The translations under genes were made by a program, and so were the position numbers. A DNA stretch of 64,000 nucleotides from Haliotis rufescens (lineage: Eukaryota). The DNA lies in NCBI RefSeq assembly GCF_023055435.1, contig NW_025963913.1, positions 13,144,001 to 13,208,000 of the forward strand, given 5' to 3'. Below, in pieces: positions 28,897-42,100 of this stretch (positions within the stretch are counted from its first letter, which is position 1; each line of letters opens with the position of its first letter). Below the pieces are notes generated by a model that worked only from the letters and a program-made list of their open reading frames with translations, did not search any database and was not told the DNA's origin.

Positions 28897-30787
28897 ACTT
28901 TTAGCTTCTTCCTTGACACGCCATCAGATGAAACTCTCAGCGTCTTCCTTGATACGCCAACAGATGAAACTCTCAGCTTCTTCCTTGATACGCCATCAGA
29001 TGAAACTCTCAGCTTCTTCCTTGATACGACATCAGATGAAACTTTCAGCTTCTTTCTTGACACGCCATCAAATGAAACTCTCAGCTTCTTCCTTGATACG
29101 CCATCAGATGAAACTTTCAGCTTCTTCCTTGAAAGGCCATCAGACGAAACTCTCAGCTTCTTCCTTGATACGACATCAGACGAAACTCTCAGCTTCTTCC
29201 TTGATACGCCATCAGATGAAACTCTCAGCTTCTTCCTTGATACGCCATCAGATGAAACTCTCAGCTTCTTCCTTGATACGACATCAGATGAAACTTTCAG
29301 CTTCTTCCTTGATACGCCATCAGATGAAACTTTCAGCTTCTTCCTTGATACGACATCAGATGAAACTTTCAGCTTCTTCCTTGATACGCCATCAGATGAA
29401 ACTCTCACCTTTTTCCTTGATACGCCATCAGATGAAACTCTCAGCTTCTTCCTTGATACGCCATCAGATGAAACTTTCAGCTTCTTCCTTGAAAGGCCAT
29501 CAGACGAAACTCTCAGCTTCTTCCTTGATACGACATCAGACGAAACTCTCAGCTTCTTCCTTGATACGCCATCAGATGACACTCTCACCTTCTTCCTTGA
29601 TACGCCATCAGATGAAACTCTCAGCTTCTTCCTTGATACGACATCAGATGAAACTTTCAGCTTCTTCCTTTATACGCCATCAGATGAAACTCTCAGCTTC
29701 TTCCTTGATACGCCATCAGATGAAACTTTCAGCTTCTTCCTTGATACGCCATCAGATGAAACTCTCAGCTTCTTCCTTGATACGCCATCAGATGAAACTT
29801 TCAGCTTCTTCCTTGATACGCTATCAGATGAAACTTTTAGCTTCTTCCTTGATACGCCATCAGATGAAACTCTCAGCTTCTTCCATGATACGCCATCAGA
29901 TGAAACTCTCAGCTTCTTCCTTGATACGCCATCAGATGAAACTTTCAGCTTCTTTCTTGACACGCCATCAGATAAAACTTTCAGCTTCTTCCTTGATACG
30001 CCATCAGATGAAACTCTCAGCTTCTTCCTTGATACGCCATCAGATGAAACTTTCAGCTTCTTCCTTGATACGCCATCAGATGAAACTCTCAGCTTCTTCC
30101 TTGATACGCCATCAGATGAAACTCTCACCTTTTTCCTTGATACGCCATCAGATAAAACTCTCAGCTTCTTCCTTGATACGACATCAGATGAAACTTTCAG
30201 CTTCTTCCTTGAAAGGCCATCAGACGAAACTCTCAGCTTCTTCCTTGATACGACATCAGACGAAACTCTCAGCTCTTTCCTTGATACGCCATCAGATGAA
30301 ACTCTCACCTTCTTCCTTGACACGCCATCAGATGAAACTCTCAGCTTCTTCCTTGATACGACATCAGATGAAACTTTCAGCTTCTTCCTTTATACGCCAT
30401 CAGATGAAACTCTCAGCTTCTTCCTTGATACGCCATCAGATGAAACTTTCAGCTTCTTCCTTGATACGCCATCAGATGAAACTCTCAGCTTCTTCCTTGA
30501 TACGCCATCAGATGAAACTTTCAGCTTCTTCCTTGATACGCTATCAGATGAAACTTTTAGCTTCTTCCTTGATACGCCATCAGATGAAACTCTCAGCTTC
30601 TTCCATGATACGCCATCAGATGAAACTCTCAGCTTCTTCCTTGATACGCCATCAGATGAAACTTTCAGCTTCTTTCTTGATACGCCATCAGATAAAACTT
30701 TCAGCTTCTTCCTTGATACGCCATCAGATGAAACTCTCAGCTTCTTCCTTGATACGCCATCAGACGAAACTCTCAGCTTCTTCCTTG
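28897..30787. repeat. 36-bp minisatellite (~52 copies)
   Basis: Unit cttcttccttgatacgccatcagatgaaactctcag. Confidence 0.96.
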
Positions 30788-31445
30788 GTTCTCCATCTCC
30801 TGAATTCGTCATTACAACTCCAGTGGAAATGGTGTTAAAATACAGATATGAATGTGGACTCTTCACCGTCGGCTTACATATGTCTGTGAAGTCACAAATC
30901 GACTCCATTTTCCAACGGCCAGTCGGTCGGCCTTATCACCTCATCACTTTAATTGACGACCAGATCAAATCTACTGGAGTTAATTAGATGAAGTACATCA
31001 TCCCAATCAAGTCGCAACATCATCCTGACACTGAGCACTGGAATATCCTACCTCAGTATATAATTCCTGTCTCCTGTGTGCCTATAAAAGTCCAGCTACT
31101 CAAACCCACACTCTTCATACATGCTATATGTGCCACGGCTGCAATCTTTGTTATTAAGAGAAAACAAAACCTTGGATGATTCGACTCTCTTGAGGGAGCT
31201 CCATTTTACTCCATACACCCTGTTCCATAATGCCATTCAACTTCTAAGACTACCATAACTGCTATAGTCTTCCCAAAGACACTAATGGTTTCCAGGAAAG
31301 GGTCCAGACTAATATGTAATTTCGACAGGCACTAAATCTATCTTTGGTTGCGGACATAATGTCATCATGCAATTATGCATCTGTGAAAACAACAATTTCT
31401 TGTATGAAAGTTTACTCCAAGTTAATTATTGTTTATCATCTCGTT

Positions 31446-33245
31446 TTATCACCAAGCTGCCCTGACATGGTAGAAGCACTCCTCCATTCAGTGGGTCCGT
31501 CTTATCACCCGCTACCCTGACATGGTGGAAGCACCCCTCCATTCAGTGGGTCCGTCTTATCACCCGCTACCCTGACATGGTGGAAGCACTCCTCCATTCA
31601 GTGGGTCCGTCTTATCACCCGCTACCCTGACATGGTGGAAGCACTCCTCCATTCAGTGGGTCCATCTTATCACCCGCTACCCTGACATGGTGGAAGCACT
31701 CCTCCATTCAGTGGGTCCGTCTTATCACCCGCTACCCTGACATGGTGGAAGTACTCCTCCATTCAGTGGGTCCGTCTTATCACCCGCTACCCTGACATGG
31801 TGGAAGCACTCCTCCATTCAGTGGGTCCGTCTTATCACCCGCTACCCTGACATGGTGGAAGCACTCCTCCATTCAGTGGGTCCATCTTATCACCCGCTAC
31901 CCTGACATGGTGGAAGCACCCCTCCATTCAGTGGGTCCGTCTTATCACCCGCTACCCTGACATGGTGGAAGCACTCCTCCATTCAGTGGGTCCGTCTTAT
32001 CACCCGCTACCCTGACATGGTGGAAGCACTCCTCCATTCAGTGGGTCCATCTTATCACCCGCTACCCTGACATGGTGGAAGCACCCCTCCATTCAGTGGG
32101 TCCGTCTTATCACCCGCTACCCTGACATGGTGGAAGCACTCCTCCATTCAGTGGGTCCGTCTTATCACCCGCTACCCTGACATGGTGGAAGTACTCCTCC
32201 ATTCAGTGGGTCCGTCTTATCACCCGCTACCCTGACATGGTGGAAGTACTCCTCCATTCAGTGGGTCCGTCTTATCACCCGCTACCCTGACATGGTGGAA
32301 GCACTCCTCCATTCAGTGGGTCCGTCTTATCACCCGCTACCCTGACATGGTGGAAGCACTCCTCCATTCAGTGGGTCCGTCTTATCACCCGCTACCCTGA
32401 CATGGTGGAAGCACTCCTCCATTCAGTGGGTCCGTCTTATCACCCGCTACCCTGACATGGTGGAAGCACTCCTCCATTCAGTGGGTCCGTCTTATCACCC
32501 GCTACCCTGACATGGTGGAAGCACTCCTCCATTCAGTGGGTCCGTCTTATCACCCGCTACCCTGACATGGTGGAAGCACCCCTCCATTCAGTGGGTCCGT
32601 CTTATCTCCCGCTACCCTGACATGGTGGAAGCACTCCTCCATTCAGTGGGTCCATCTTATCACCCGCTACCCTGACATGGTGGAATCACCCCTCCATTCA
32701 GTGGGTCCGTCTTATCACCCGCTACCCTGACATGGTGGAAGCACTCCTCCATTCAGTGGGTCCGTCTTATCACCCGCTACCCTGACATGGTGGAAGCACT
32801 CCTCCATTCAGTGGGTCCGTCTTATCACCCGCTACCCTGACATGGTGGAAGCACTCCTCCATTCAGTGGGTCCGTCTTATCACCCGCTACCCTGACATGG
32901 TGGAAGCACTCCTCCATTCAGTGGGTCCGTCTTATCACCCGCTACCCTGACATGGTGGAAGCACTCCTCCATTCAGTGGGTCCGTCTTATCACCCGCTAC
33001 CCTGACATGGTGGAAGCACTCCTCCATTCAGTGGGTCCGTCTTATCACCCGCTACCCTGACATGGTGGAAGTACTCCTCCATTCAGTGGGTCCGTCTTAT
33101 CACCCGCTACCCTGACATGGTGGAAGTACTCCTCCATTCAGTGGGTCCGTCTTATCACCCCGCTACCCTGACATGGTGGAAGTACTCCTCCATTCAGTGG
33201 GTCCGTCTTATCACCCGCTTCCCTGACATGGTGGAAGCACCCCTC
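31446..33245. repeat. 55-bp minisatellite (~32 copies, very homogeneous)
   Basis: Unit gctaccctgacatggtggaagcactcctccattcagtgggtccgtcttatcaccc. Confidence 0.96.
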
Positions 33246-33699
33246 AATAAAGCTACCTATTAGCTAGTTTGTCTCTGTTTGTTTGGTTATCGTGTCCTCA
33301 TTGTCGTTAGTTCAAACCACACCCTCACAACCACGCAGTGCCCTTTACATAAGGAACAGTACAGCCGTTGTGTCACTGTGTTCCTGCAGCGCGAGAAAAC
33401 TTACTTTGAACCCCCAATCGCCCAATATGCCACCACACCTCGCTATTGATAGTGGGATATGTAATGAACTTTTCTTGGCTTGGCAGTCGTGGTGGTGACA
33501 CGAGTTGTTGCTTCAAGCGATGTGGGCGTTTCTGTGAGGAATGTCCTTTACTGACGTCATAGTCATCGTGTATGTGTATGTTGTGATCCTTCAATCCTCA
33601 ATTTCAGAGCTGAGGCAACATGGGCTTGCCAAATCATTCTAGACTTGAACTGGACTCCTTTTTTATTTTTTTTCTCTCTGGGGTCTGGTTGACAGACTA

Positions 33700-33880
33700 T
33701 TAGTGCAGTAGCAGACCCTTTCAATGTTACCAGGGCAACCATTCACCGCCTTCTTAACCACCTTAACAACACTAGAACAACCAATGCCCTCCTCGGACAT
33801 GTACACAAAGGGTTACAACCGCTGTGCAGGATCGGTATATTCGAACAAGCACTCTACGTAACCGGTTCCAGGATACCACA
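33700..33880 (+). mobile_element. Decayed Tc1-type transposase N-terminal fragment
   Basis: Translates with a frameshift to AVADPFNVTRATIHRL... and RVTTAVQDRYIRTSTLRNRF, typical of the Tc1 HTH/linker region. Confidence 0.7.
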
Positions 33881-34001
33881 GTATTGGCTAGATGAATGTA
33901 TCTGCCTAGACCATAAGAAATCACCTTCGTTATGAAGCTTTCATAGACGCCAGAGGAGGACTCATATTGACCGGTTTCATTGGGGTTCATTGGTGATTCC
34001 A

Positions 34002-34350
34002 ACCACCTCCGTGGTTTAGTGGTAGAAAGTCCGCCCTGAGTGCGGAAGGTCCCCGGTTCGATCCCCAGCCGCCTCATACCAAAAGACGTTAATACTTGTT
34101 GTTACCCTGCCTGGTGCTTGACATTCAGCGGCTAAAACAAGGACTGGTCAGCTCGGAGTCAGTATACTGTGTCTGAGTGGGATATCCATGATAAACTGCG
34201 ACACGGTACCTCAGTGGGCTAGCTCTATAAAATCGGCATTAGTCCTGACTAGTACAAACAGACAAACACGCAAACACACAAGTGTATCCACGTCGCTGTA
34301 TAAGTTCAATAATCTTAAACAAGACGTTAAATACCATTTCACCTCACCTC
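34002..34350 (+). mobile_element. tRNA-derived SINE family B copy
   Basis: A box tggtttagtgg, B box ggttcgatccc, same body, tail gacgttaaa...cacctcacctc. Confidence 0.85.
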
Positions 34351-35959
34351 AGAATGACTCCATCTGCCCCATGTTACAGCATCTTCTGAGGATGCATGTG
34401 TTTGATGTCGCGTCGTTTGCGCCGTCAGTGGCACAGATGAACTGAACACATTCCATTGTATATGTGTTGTATATTTCATACAATGACGTTTCAAATGCAA
34501 TAAATTACGGTCCATTTGCCATCTCCTATAGTTTTGTAGTTCGTTGAGTATAGTAGCGCGACAGAGCCACAGATCACTGTGGAGAACCTAGGATCGAGAG
34601 CTCTGTCTTTGTACCCATCCAGTCGCTTTCTGCCTGTCTTTGTATCTACGGTAACCTGCCTTTTTTATTGCCTTTATGTATACTTGTATGCCTCAGCTTT
34701 GAATCTCCAATGAGAATTAATATATACCTGTGTATTTGTTATTTGTCTACCTATGCATCTACCGTTATCCCTATTTGTATCCGCCCTGTTTCCTTCAGAT
34801 TAGCCATCTGTTTACCACTATTCGTCCGTTTATATATCTATCTATCTATTGTAATAAGGCAATGCATTGAGCGGTTTTCTCCGTGGTGAACCGCACATAA
34901 CTTCATCGTCGCTGTAGCAGGAGATAAAGTAGACACCCTCATTACCTAGCCACGTGCTTTCTCCTTCATAGAGTTCAGAAGAAGCCTTTTATCAGAGTTG
35001 TTGTTCTTATAAACAAACCTTTCAGCGAGCTGCACAAACTTTGTTCGGTTAAAAGGGCCGCTCAGTTTACTCGAACATTCGCCTAGAATTTCGTGCGGCT
35101 GCTGGCCATCCTTTGATAATGCCTAGCTCCTCTCCATCCATTACGTCCATCACATTCCTGCAATGTTGCTGTTTACTGAGACGAGGTTCTAACGGTTTAA
35201 GCTTGGATGAGCGCAGCTCACATGAGCTGTTGCCCGGTGGTACTCGAGGGGTCTGTATCCATGGTATAGGCACGTTTGTTTCCTGATTCAAACGGGGAGT
35301 TTCTTACTTAATATTTTTCTCCTTCTTAAACCTGAAGGGGTCGTTGTCGGCACGGGTACTACAGATAAGGCACCCCAGGTAAGTTTCTGTTTACAGAAAT
35401 CATGAGAGGTCTTAGCTTAGCCTAGCTAGGGTTGGACTAGGTGCTCCGGGGCACCAGTACCACTACTGGATTGAAGAATATGGACTCGTCTGTGGTTTAG
35501 GGTACCGGATACCTTTCTATATTCTGATTGTGGCTGGGGTACATTTCTGTATGTAGAAACGTACCTGGATACATATATGTAGTAACCGTGCCTACCACGA
35601 CCCATTCTGCCTTTTAAAAAAAATATAGGCACTTAATGGGTTGATATGTTGATACATGGCCTGATAACATCTTAAAACAGACACCCTTTGAACAGCCGCC
35701 CCAGCCCCTCGTCCCCACCCACCCGTAAACGTGCTGTATGGACAGACCGTGTGGTGATTCGGGGACGGAGGTAGGAACTACATGACATTGTTTCATCCCA
35801 TGAACAAGATGGAAATATTCATTAACAAGTAGATGCCATGGTTTTACAAGAGATGGTTCATAACCTATATGACTGAAATGTGAAACTATCGTGGTTTCAG
35901 CAAATGACATGGAGTTACATTAAAATAATGTGTGTGCTTATATTGCGTAAGACCCAAAG

Positions 35960-36740
35960 CGCAGAAAACATGCAACAGATAGACGCAGAAAACATGCAAC
36001 AGATAGACGCAGAAAACATGCAACAGATAGACGCAGAAAACATACAGCGGATAGACGCAGAAAACGTGCAGCGGATAGAAGCCGAAAACATGCAACAGAT
36101 AGACGCAGAAAACATACAGCGGATAGACGCAGAAAACGTGCAGCGGATAGAAGCCGAAAACATGCAACAGATAGACGCAGAAAACATACAGTGGATAGAC
36201 GCCGAAAACATGCAACAGATAGACGCAGAAAATATGCAACAGATAGACGCAGAAAACATGCAACAGATAGACGCAGAAAACATGCAACAGATAGACGCAG
36301 AAAACATGCAGCGAAACAATACTCAAAACATGCAGCGAATAGACACACAAAACATGCAGCGGATAGACGCATAAAACATACAGCGAACCAATACTCAAAA
36401 CATGCAGCGAATAGACACACAAAACATGCAGCGGATAGACGCATAAAACATACAGCGAACCAATACTCAAAACATGCAGCGAATAGACACACAAAACATG
36501 CAGCGGATAGACGCATAAAACATGCAGCAGGTAGATGTATATAAAGCATGTAGACATACAAAACATGCAGCGGATACGCGCAAAATTTCAACAAATCAGC
36601 ACACAAAACATTCAGCAGAAGACATGCAACTGATAGACGCACATGCAATGCAGCAGAAGACATGCAACTGATAGACGCACACGCAATACAGCTGATAGAT
36701 GCACTCAAACAAGCAGCGACCATGTGAAAAAACATGCAGC
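35960..36740. repeat. 24-bp minisatellite, degenerating rightwards
   Basis: Unit gcagaaaacatgcaacagatagac. Confidence 0.92.
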
Positions 36741-37194
36741 ATCTGATGGTTAAAGCCATCACCACCAATGATATGACAACATGTAATTGGCAATTTTTTT
36801 TTTATAATACATACCTTTATTGTAAATAAATGTTCATATAACACATGTTTTTCATGTAGTTGTTAGGTGGATACGATTTGATAAATGGTACTAACACGAT
36901 TATGATATTATATAAAGTTTCATCATTTTTAGTTAATATTTCCTCACTCACTAATGTTTATTTATATTACAAGAGGGTAACCTAGTATATCTGATTACAA
37001 TACAACATTCCTTTCCCTCGGTGTAGTTATAGTCCCTAGCTTGGTCTGCACAGTCCCGGGGGTGTTACAAATCAGCTTTTTACATGATCGGAAATACATG
37101 TACGTACATCAGGAGAAATGGTCTGGCTGTACATGATTATAATTATGTAACATACTGGTGCTGTTGCAGGTGGGTGGCACGGCAGTGAGCGGCG

Positions 37195-37273
37195 ATGGAG
37201 ACGGGGAGAGCGTGGCCGATGCTGCTTCTGATGTTGCATTGGGGCGTGCATACGGCAGCTGACGAGTTACCCC
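37195..37273 (+). CDS. L1-like coding exon 1 (signal peptide METGRAWPMLLLMLHWGVHTAADELP)
   Basis: Acceptor ttgcag at 37169, ATG at 37195, hydrophobic core, donor gtaagt at 37274; phase 1 fits the next exon. Confidence 0.8.
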
Positions 37274-39105
37274 GTAAGTGTTGTGGTAGTGAATGTGATT
37301 GTTGACATGAGGTATCAGTACATGTAAGTTAATGCTCTAGGAAGACACTGCATGGCGATACACGCTATCCTTCATATATAGACTGAATTCCAACCATCGC
37401 CAGTATTGTACTATGTCAATATAGCAGCTGTACCTGCTACGTGTGTGTTGCTTGTATTGTGCTGTCAGACCGGTACATGTACACACGTCGTCCATCTTGA
37501 CCGGTACATGTACACACGTCGTCCATCTTGACCGGTACATGTACACACGTCGTTCATCTTGACCGGTACATGTACACACGTCGTCCATCTTGACCGGTAC
37601 ATGTACACACGTCGTCCATCTTGACCGGTACATGTACACACGTCGTCCATCTTGACCGGTACATGTACACACGTCGTCCATCTTGACCGGTACATGTACA
37701 CACGTCGTCCATCTTGACCGGTACATGTACACACGTCGTTCATCTTGACCGGTACATGTACACACGTCGTCCATCTTGACCGGTACATGTACACACGTCG
37801 TCCATCTTGACCGGTACATGTACACACGTCGTCCATCTTGACCGGTACATGTACACACGTCGTCCATCTTGACCGGTACATGTACACACGTCGTCCATCT
37901 TGACCGGTACATGTACACACGTCGTCCATCTTGACCGTTCAGTTTGTATGATTACACGGAGGTCAGTTTTGAATGTTCAGCACCGACGCCAAACTGACTA
38001 TGTTACCTATCGATTTGTTTTCTTTCTTTTTTAGCGCAGAGCGTTATTTTATACCGTCACCTTTAACCTTTCACTGTTTTAACTTCTCTTGAACTGATGA
38101 TCCGGAAGTAGGTGACTCTGAATATTTACTTTCGACACAAACAAGTGTGATCTTTCGTATTTCCACTTTTGTTCCTCAGCCGTGTTGTACATCGTTGATG
38201 TTGCAAACATTATCGATCCCTTATCCAGAACAAGCGGGGAAATCGCAGATATGTACTGCCTATTTCTTATTTCTTGGTCGCTTACATATTGACAGGCCCG
38301 TGAAGTTTCGGGTTAGATTTGATCTTCAGCAACCAATGCTTGTCGAAAGATGCGACTAACGGGATCGGGTGGTCAGGCAGTCTGACTTGGTTGATGCATG
38401 TCATCGTCTCCTAATTGCGTAGATAGATGATCGTAACATCAATCACTGGATTGTCTGGCGCAGACTCCTTATTTACAAACAACCGTTATAGAGCAGGGTA
38501 TTGCTGAGTGCGGCGTTAAACAGCAAACAAGGAAAACATATTGACATTTATTGGTCGATAATATTAGATTAGTGACCAATAAATGTTAAATAGTAGCAAC
38601 TAGTCGAGAACTAAATACAGGTCGATGTTTTGTAGATGTCTGTAAAACAAAGGAAGGGGAATGTGTTCAAGGCATCAAACTTGAATATTAGGTCGTTGTT
38701 AAGACGGAACCGGTCGGTTTACAGAAACAACAATTACGATTATATATATATACGACATAACGACATAACATGGGTCAAACTTTATTGTGATTACTAACCC
38801 ATGTCAAACATATAATGTCAGGAAACTAAATAAGTCATTTTTCAAGTGTGCGTTCGATTTAGAGAAAACTTTTAAAATGATAAAACGGATCTACAGTAGA
38901 AGTCCGTCCGTCGATGAGAGAAGCATGACAATCTTTACTGTAAAGGTGTTGACGGCGTCATACTTCATGTCATCATTCCAGTGCCCCCTGTTGTTGCCAA
39001 CATGTCCCCAAAGAAGAGGCACTTTGTTGAGGGCGAGAGACTCAAGCTACCGTGCGAAGCCCAGGGACAACCCATACCCGTGTGAGTACACACCACCTTG
39101 CCGGC

Positions 39106-39140
<35 letters not shown>

Positions 39141-42100
39141 ACCAAACACATCACCTGTATCTAGGTCACTGCGACCTACCGCGCCGACTCATTTAAACCT
39201 TGTAATATGCAGTATGTTAAAAGACACATAGTTCAACATATTTATTGCGAAATTCTTACAATCCGAATGACTAATGCTTGTCAATATCTTAACAAAATAT
39301 GAAATTACTATACATGTATAATACCTAGCGTAGTATAGATGTACATCACCCCTACGCTGAAACACCGCGGACGTTACCGTTCTGCGTTAAATCTTACGGA
39401 TAAACGAATCATGGGCACCGAAGAATGTATTGTATATCTGTGGACGTTCCTGACAGTAATTGCCCGAAAAGCCGGATGTCCTGATTAATGGTGTCCGGTT
39501 TAACGGGTTTCAGTGTAGATGTGTTTTCGTTGGAAGCTGTCATAGTATTGAGGTATATTCATTGACCTAGTGGGTGACAAACATGTAAAACACTTTGTAC
39601 AAAGAAACGGAATTCATTTTCTGATATTGCTTTCCAGCCTGTATTGGCTGAAATCCGGCGTCAACATTGACTACAACAGCGACATCAACAAAGGCCGTGT
39701 GGTTGTAACAAAAAGCAATACTCTTGTCATCCACGACGCCCAGGCGACGGATGCTGGCTACTACCAATGTAGAGCTGAGAACATACACGGTATATCCCTG
39801 TCAAACAAATACGAACTTATCGAGGCCAAGGCTGAAAGTGGGAGGACTTCCCAGGTCAGAGCCCGACGTCTAGTTCCTGGACGCTCCTTGAAGCTCAGAT
39901 GTAACCCCCCCAGGAGCGTTCCAAACGCCAGGATTGTGTGGTCCTACCAGTACGACTACGACTACGAAGATGAGCAGGAATTCGTGGAGCTATCGGAGAC
40001 GGTCGTCACAGATTATGAAGGTAAGTGATACTGGGGTCAGCGAACGGCAGAAAGTTTAACGAAGAAAATACAGTTATAAATTACGTCCTTTTGAAATGAT
40101 GACGTCTTCAGTAGCCAGTGTTAATATGATGCAGGAAGAGGTACAACAACTGCACTACTTGGCCAGCTGGAAACGTCAAGTATTAAAGTTATGAAAATCA
40201 ATGGCATTTTCGTAGGATATTTGTCAGCCGCTTCAAACGTTTTATGTTGGACCCAAAACACAAATGTTGCTAATATTTGTGACATTGCCTGGTTTTTCGA
40301 ACTTCAAAATATCATTTACATATGAGCAACTCTCTTTTGATCCAAAATGATTTTTATATACCTGTACTGTTAACATCTACATGTGAAAATCCGGGTTAGA
40401 ATAGGTCTTCAGCAACCCATGCTACTAACGGGTGGCTGACTTGGTTGATGCATGTCATCGTATCCCAATAGCATAGATGGATGCTCATGATGCTCATGAT
40501 GCCAACCACAGACTCGATTTCCGCAGTCATAAAGGTGCAATATTGCTGACTGCAACAAACAAGCAAACAAATCTTACGAACATCAGCTTTGGCCAAAGAC
40601 TTGCCTATGTTCAAATTTTAGAAAAAAACTTCCCGAAACCGCTAAAATGAGCATTGTTGTAACATTTTAGCCTAACCTATGCATTTAGTGTCCCAAAACA
40701 TGCAAGTATTGAAATTCTAACGCCTGATTTTTATTTATATGAACACACCTGATGACTTTATAACGAACCATGCATGTTTTTAAGCATTATTATGTCATTA
40801 TGACTTGTTCTAATTCTTGTCCGACCGTGCGATACAGTATTTTAAACCGGGGGAATCGCTGAAGAGGAGGTCGAGATGCACACACGTTAAGCTGTTTTGT
40901 TGGTTCCTTTTGTCGACCTCCGCTAAACGTCTAGGTTAATGAGCTCACCTTTCCTCCTGCAGCTTAGGTTGAAGAACGTCTTGAATCATCACTGATCTCA
41001 CCTTTCCTCCTGCAGTTTAGGTTGAAGAACGTATTGAATCATCACTGATCTCACCTTTCCTCCTGCAGCTTAGGTTGAAGAACGTATTGAATCATCACTG
41101 ATCTCACCTTTCCTCCTGCAGCTTAGGTTGAAGAACGTATTGAATCATCACTGATCTCACCTTTCCTCCTTCAGCTTAGGTTGAAGAACGTATTGAATCA
41201 TCACTGATCTCACCTTTCCTCCTGCAGCTTAGTTTGAAGAACGTATTGAATCATCACTGATCTCACCTTTCCTCCTGCAGCTTAGGTTGAAGAACGTATT
41301 GAATCATCACTGATCTCACCTTTCCTCCTGCAGCTTAGGTTGAAGAACGTATTGAATCATCACTGATCTCACCTTTCCTGCTGCAGCTTAGTTTGAAGAA
41401 CGTATTGAATCATCACTGATCTCACCTTTCCTCCTGCAGCTTAGGTTGAAGAACGTATTGAATCATCACTGATCTCACCTTTCCTCCTGCAGCTTAGGTT
41501 GAAGAACGTATTGAATCATCACTGATCTCACCTTTCCTCCTGCAGCTTAGGTTGAAGAACGTATTGAATCATCACTGATCTCACCTTTCCTGCTGCTGTT
41601 TAAGTTTAAGAGCATTTTGAATCAATATTTTGACTGCTCTAACTGTCGCAGCAGCAGTTTTGGTTGAAGAGCTTTTCGACCAACCCTTGTTACAATAAGT
41701 ATTACTTACCCTATTTTTGCAGGTGACCTATACTTTGTGAGTGTACGCGAGGACGAGATCAAGGGGGACGCGGAGTATGCCTGTGTGGCCTACAATCAAA
41801 TCACAAGATCAATGACGTACGGGAACTCCTTCAGGTTGAAGCTACAAGGAGGTATGTCGTGTACAGATAGTGCATAAATTGAGTCGATTTTACATTTAAG
41901 CCGCTTTTAGCAGAAGGCTATGAAAGACTGGATGGATATGCAGTTGACATTGCTCACATCGTCACTATCCCACTCTGTTGTAGGTAAGCCTGTCGACGAA
42001 CCGATGTCTCTTATGTGGCAAACTCCGGCCGCAATGTTGGGTCTGCAGGGGAAGACGCTGAAGATGATGTGTATATTCGGGGGCAAGTGAGTACATGTTA

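Noticed and set aside
28913-30838. 641-aa ORF (MKLSASSLIRHQ)n and antisense (LRVSSDGVSRKK)n
   Set aside because: Artefact of a 36-bp unit that is open in several frames; no domain or splice context.
28380-31385. Possible decayed minus-strand gene interrupted by the 36-bp array
   Set aside because: The best frame has about 6 stops in 140 codons, near random expectation, and I recognise no family. A translated search would be needed.
31446-33245. Regular arrays (55-bp, 88-bp and others) as CRISPR
   Set aside because: No unique spacers, no cas genes, eukaryotic intron-containing context.
35880-36374. ORF with (AENMQQID)n repeats upstream of the L1-like gene
   Set aside because: 24-bp tandem repeat with no splice sites linking it to the gene, and it lies upstream of the signal-peptide exon.
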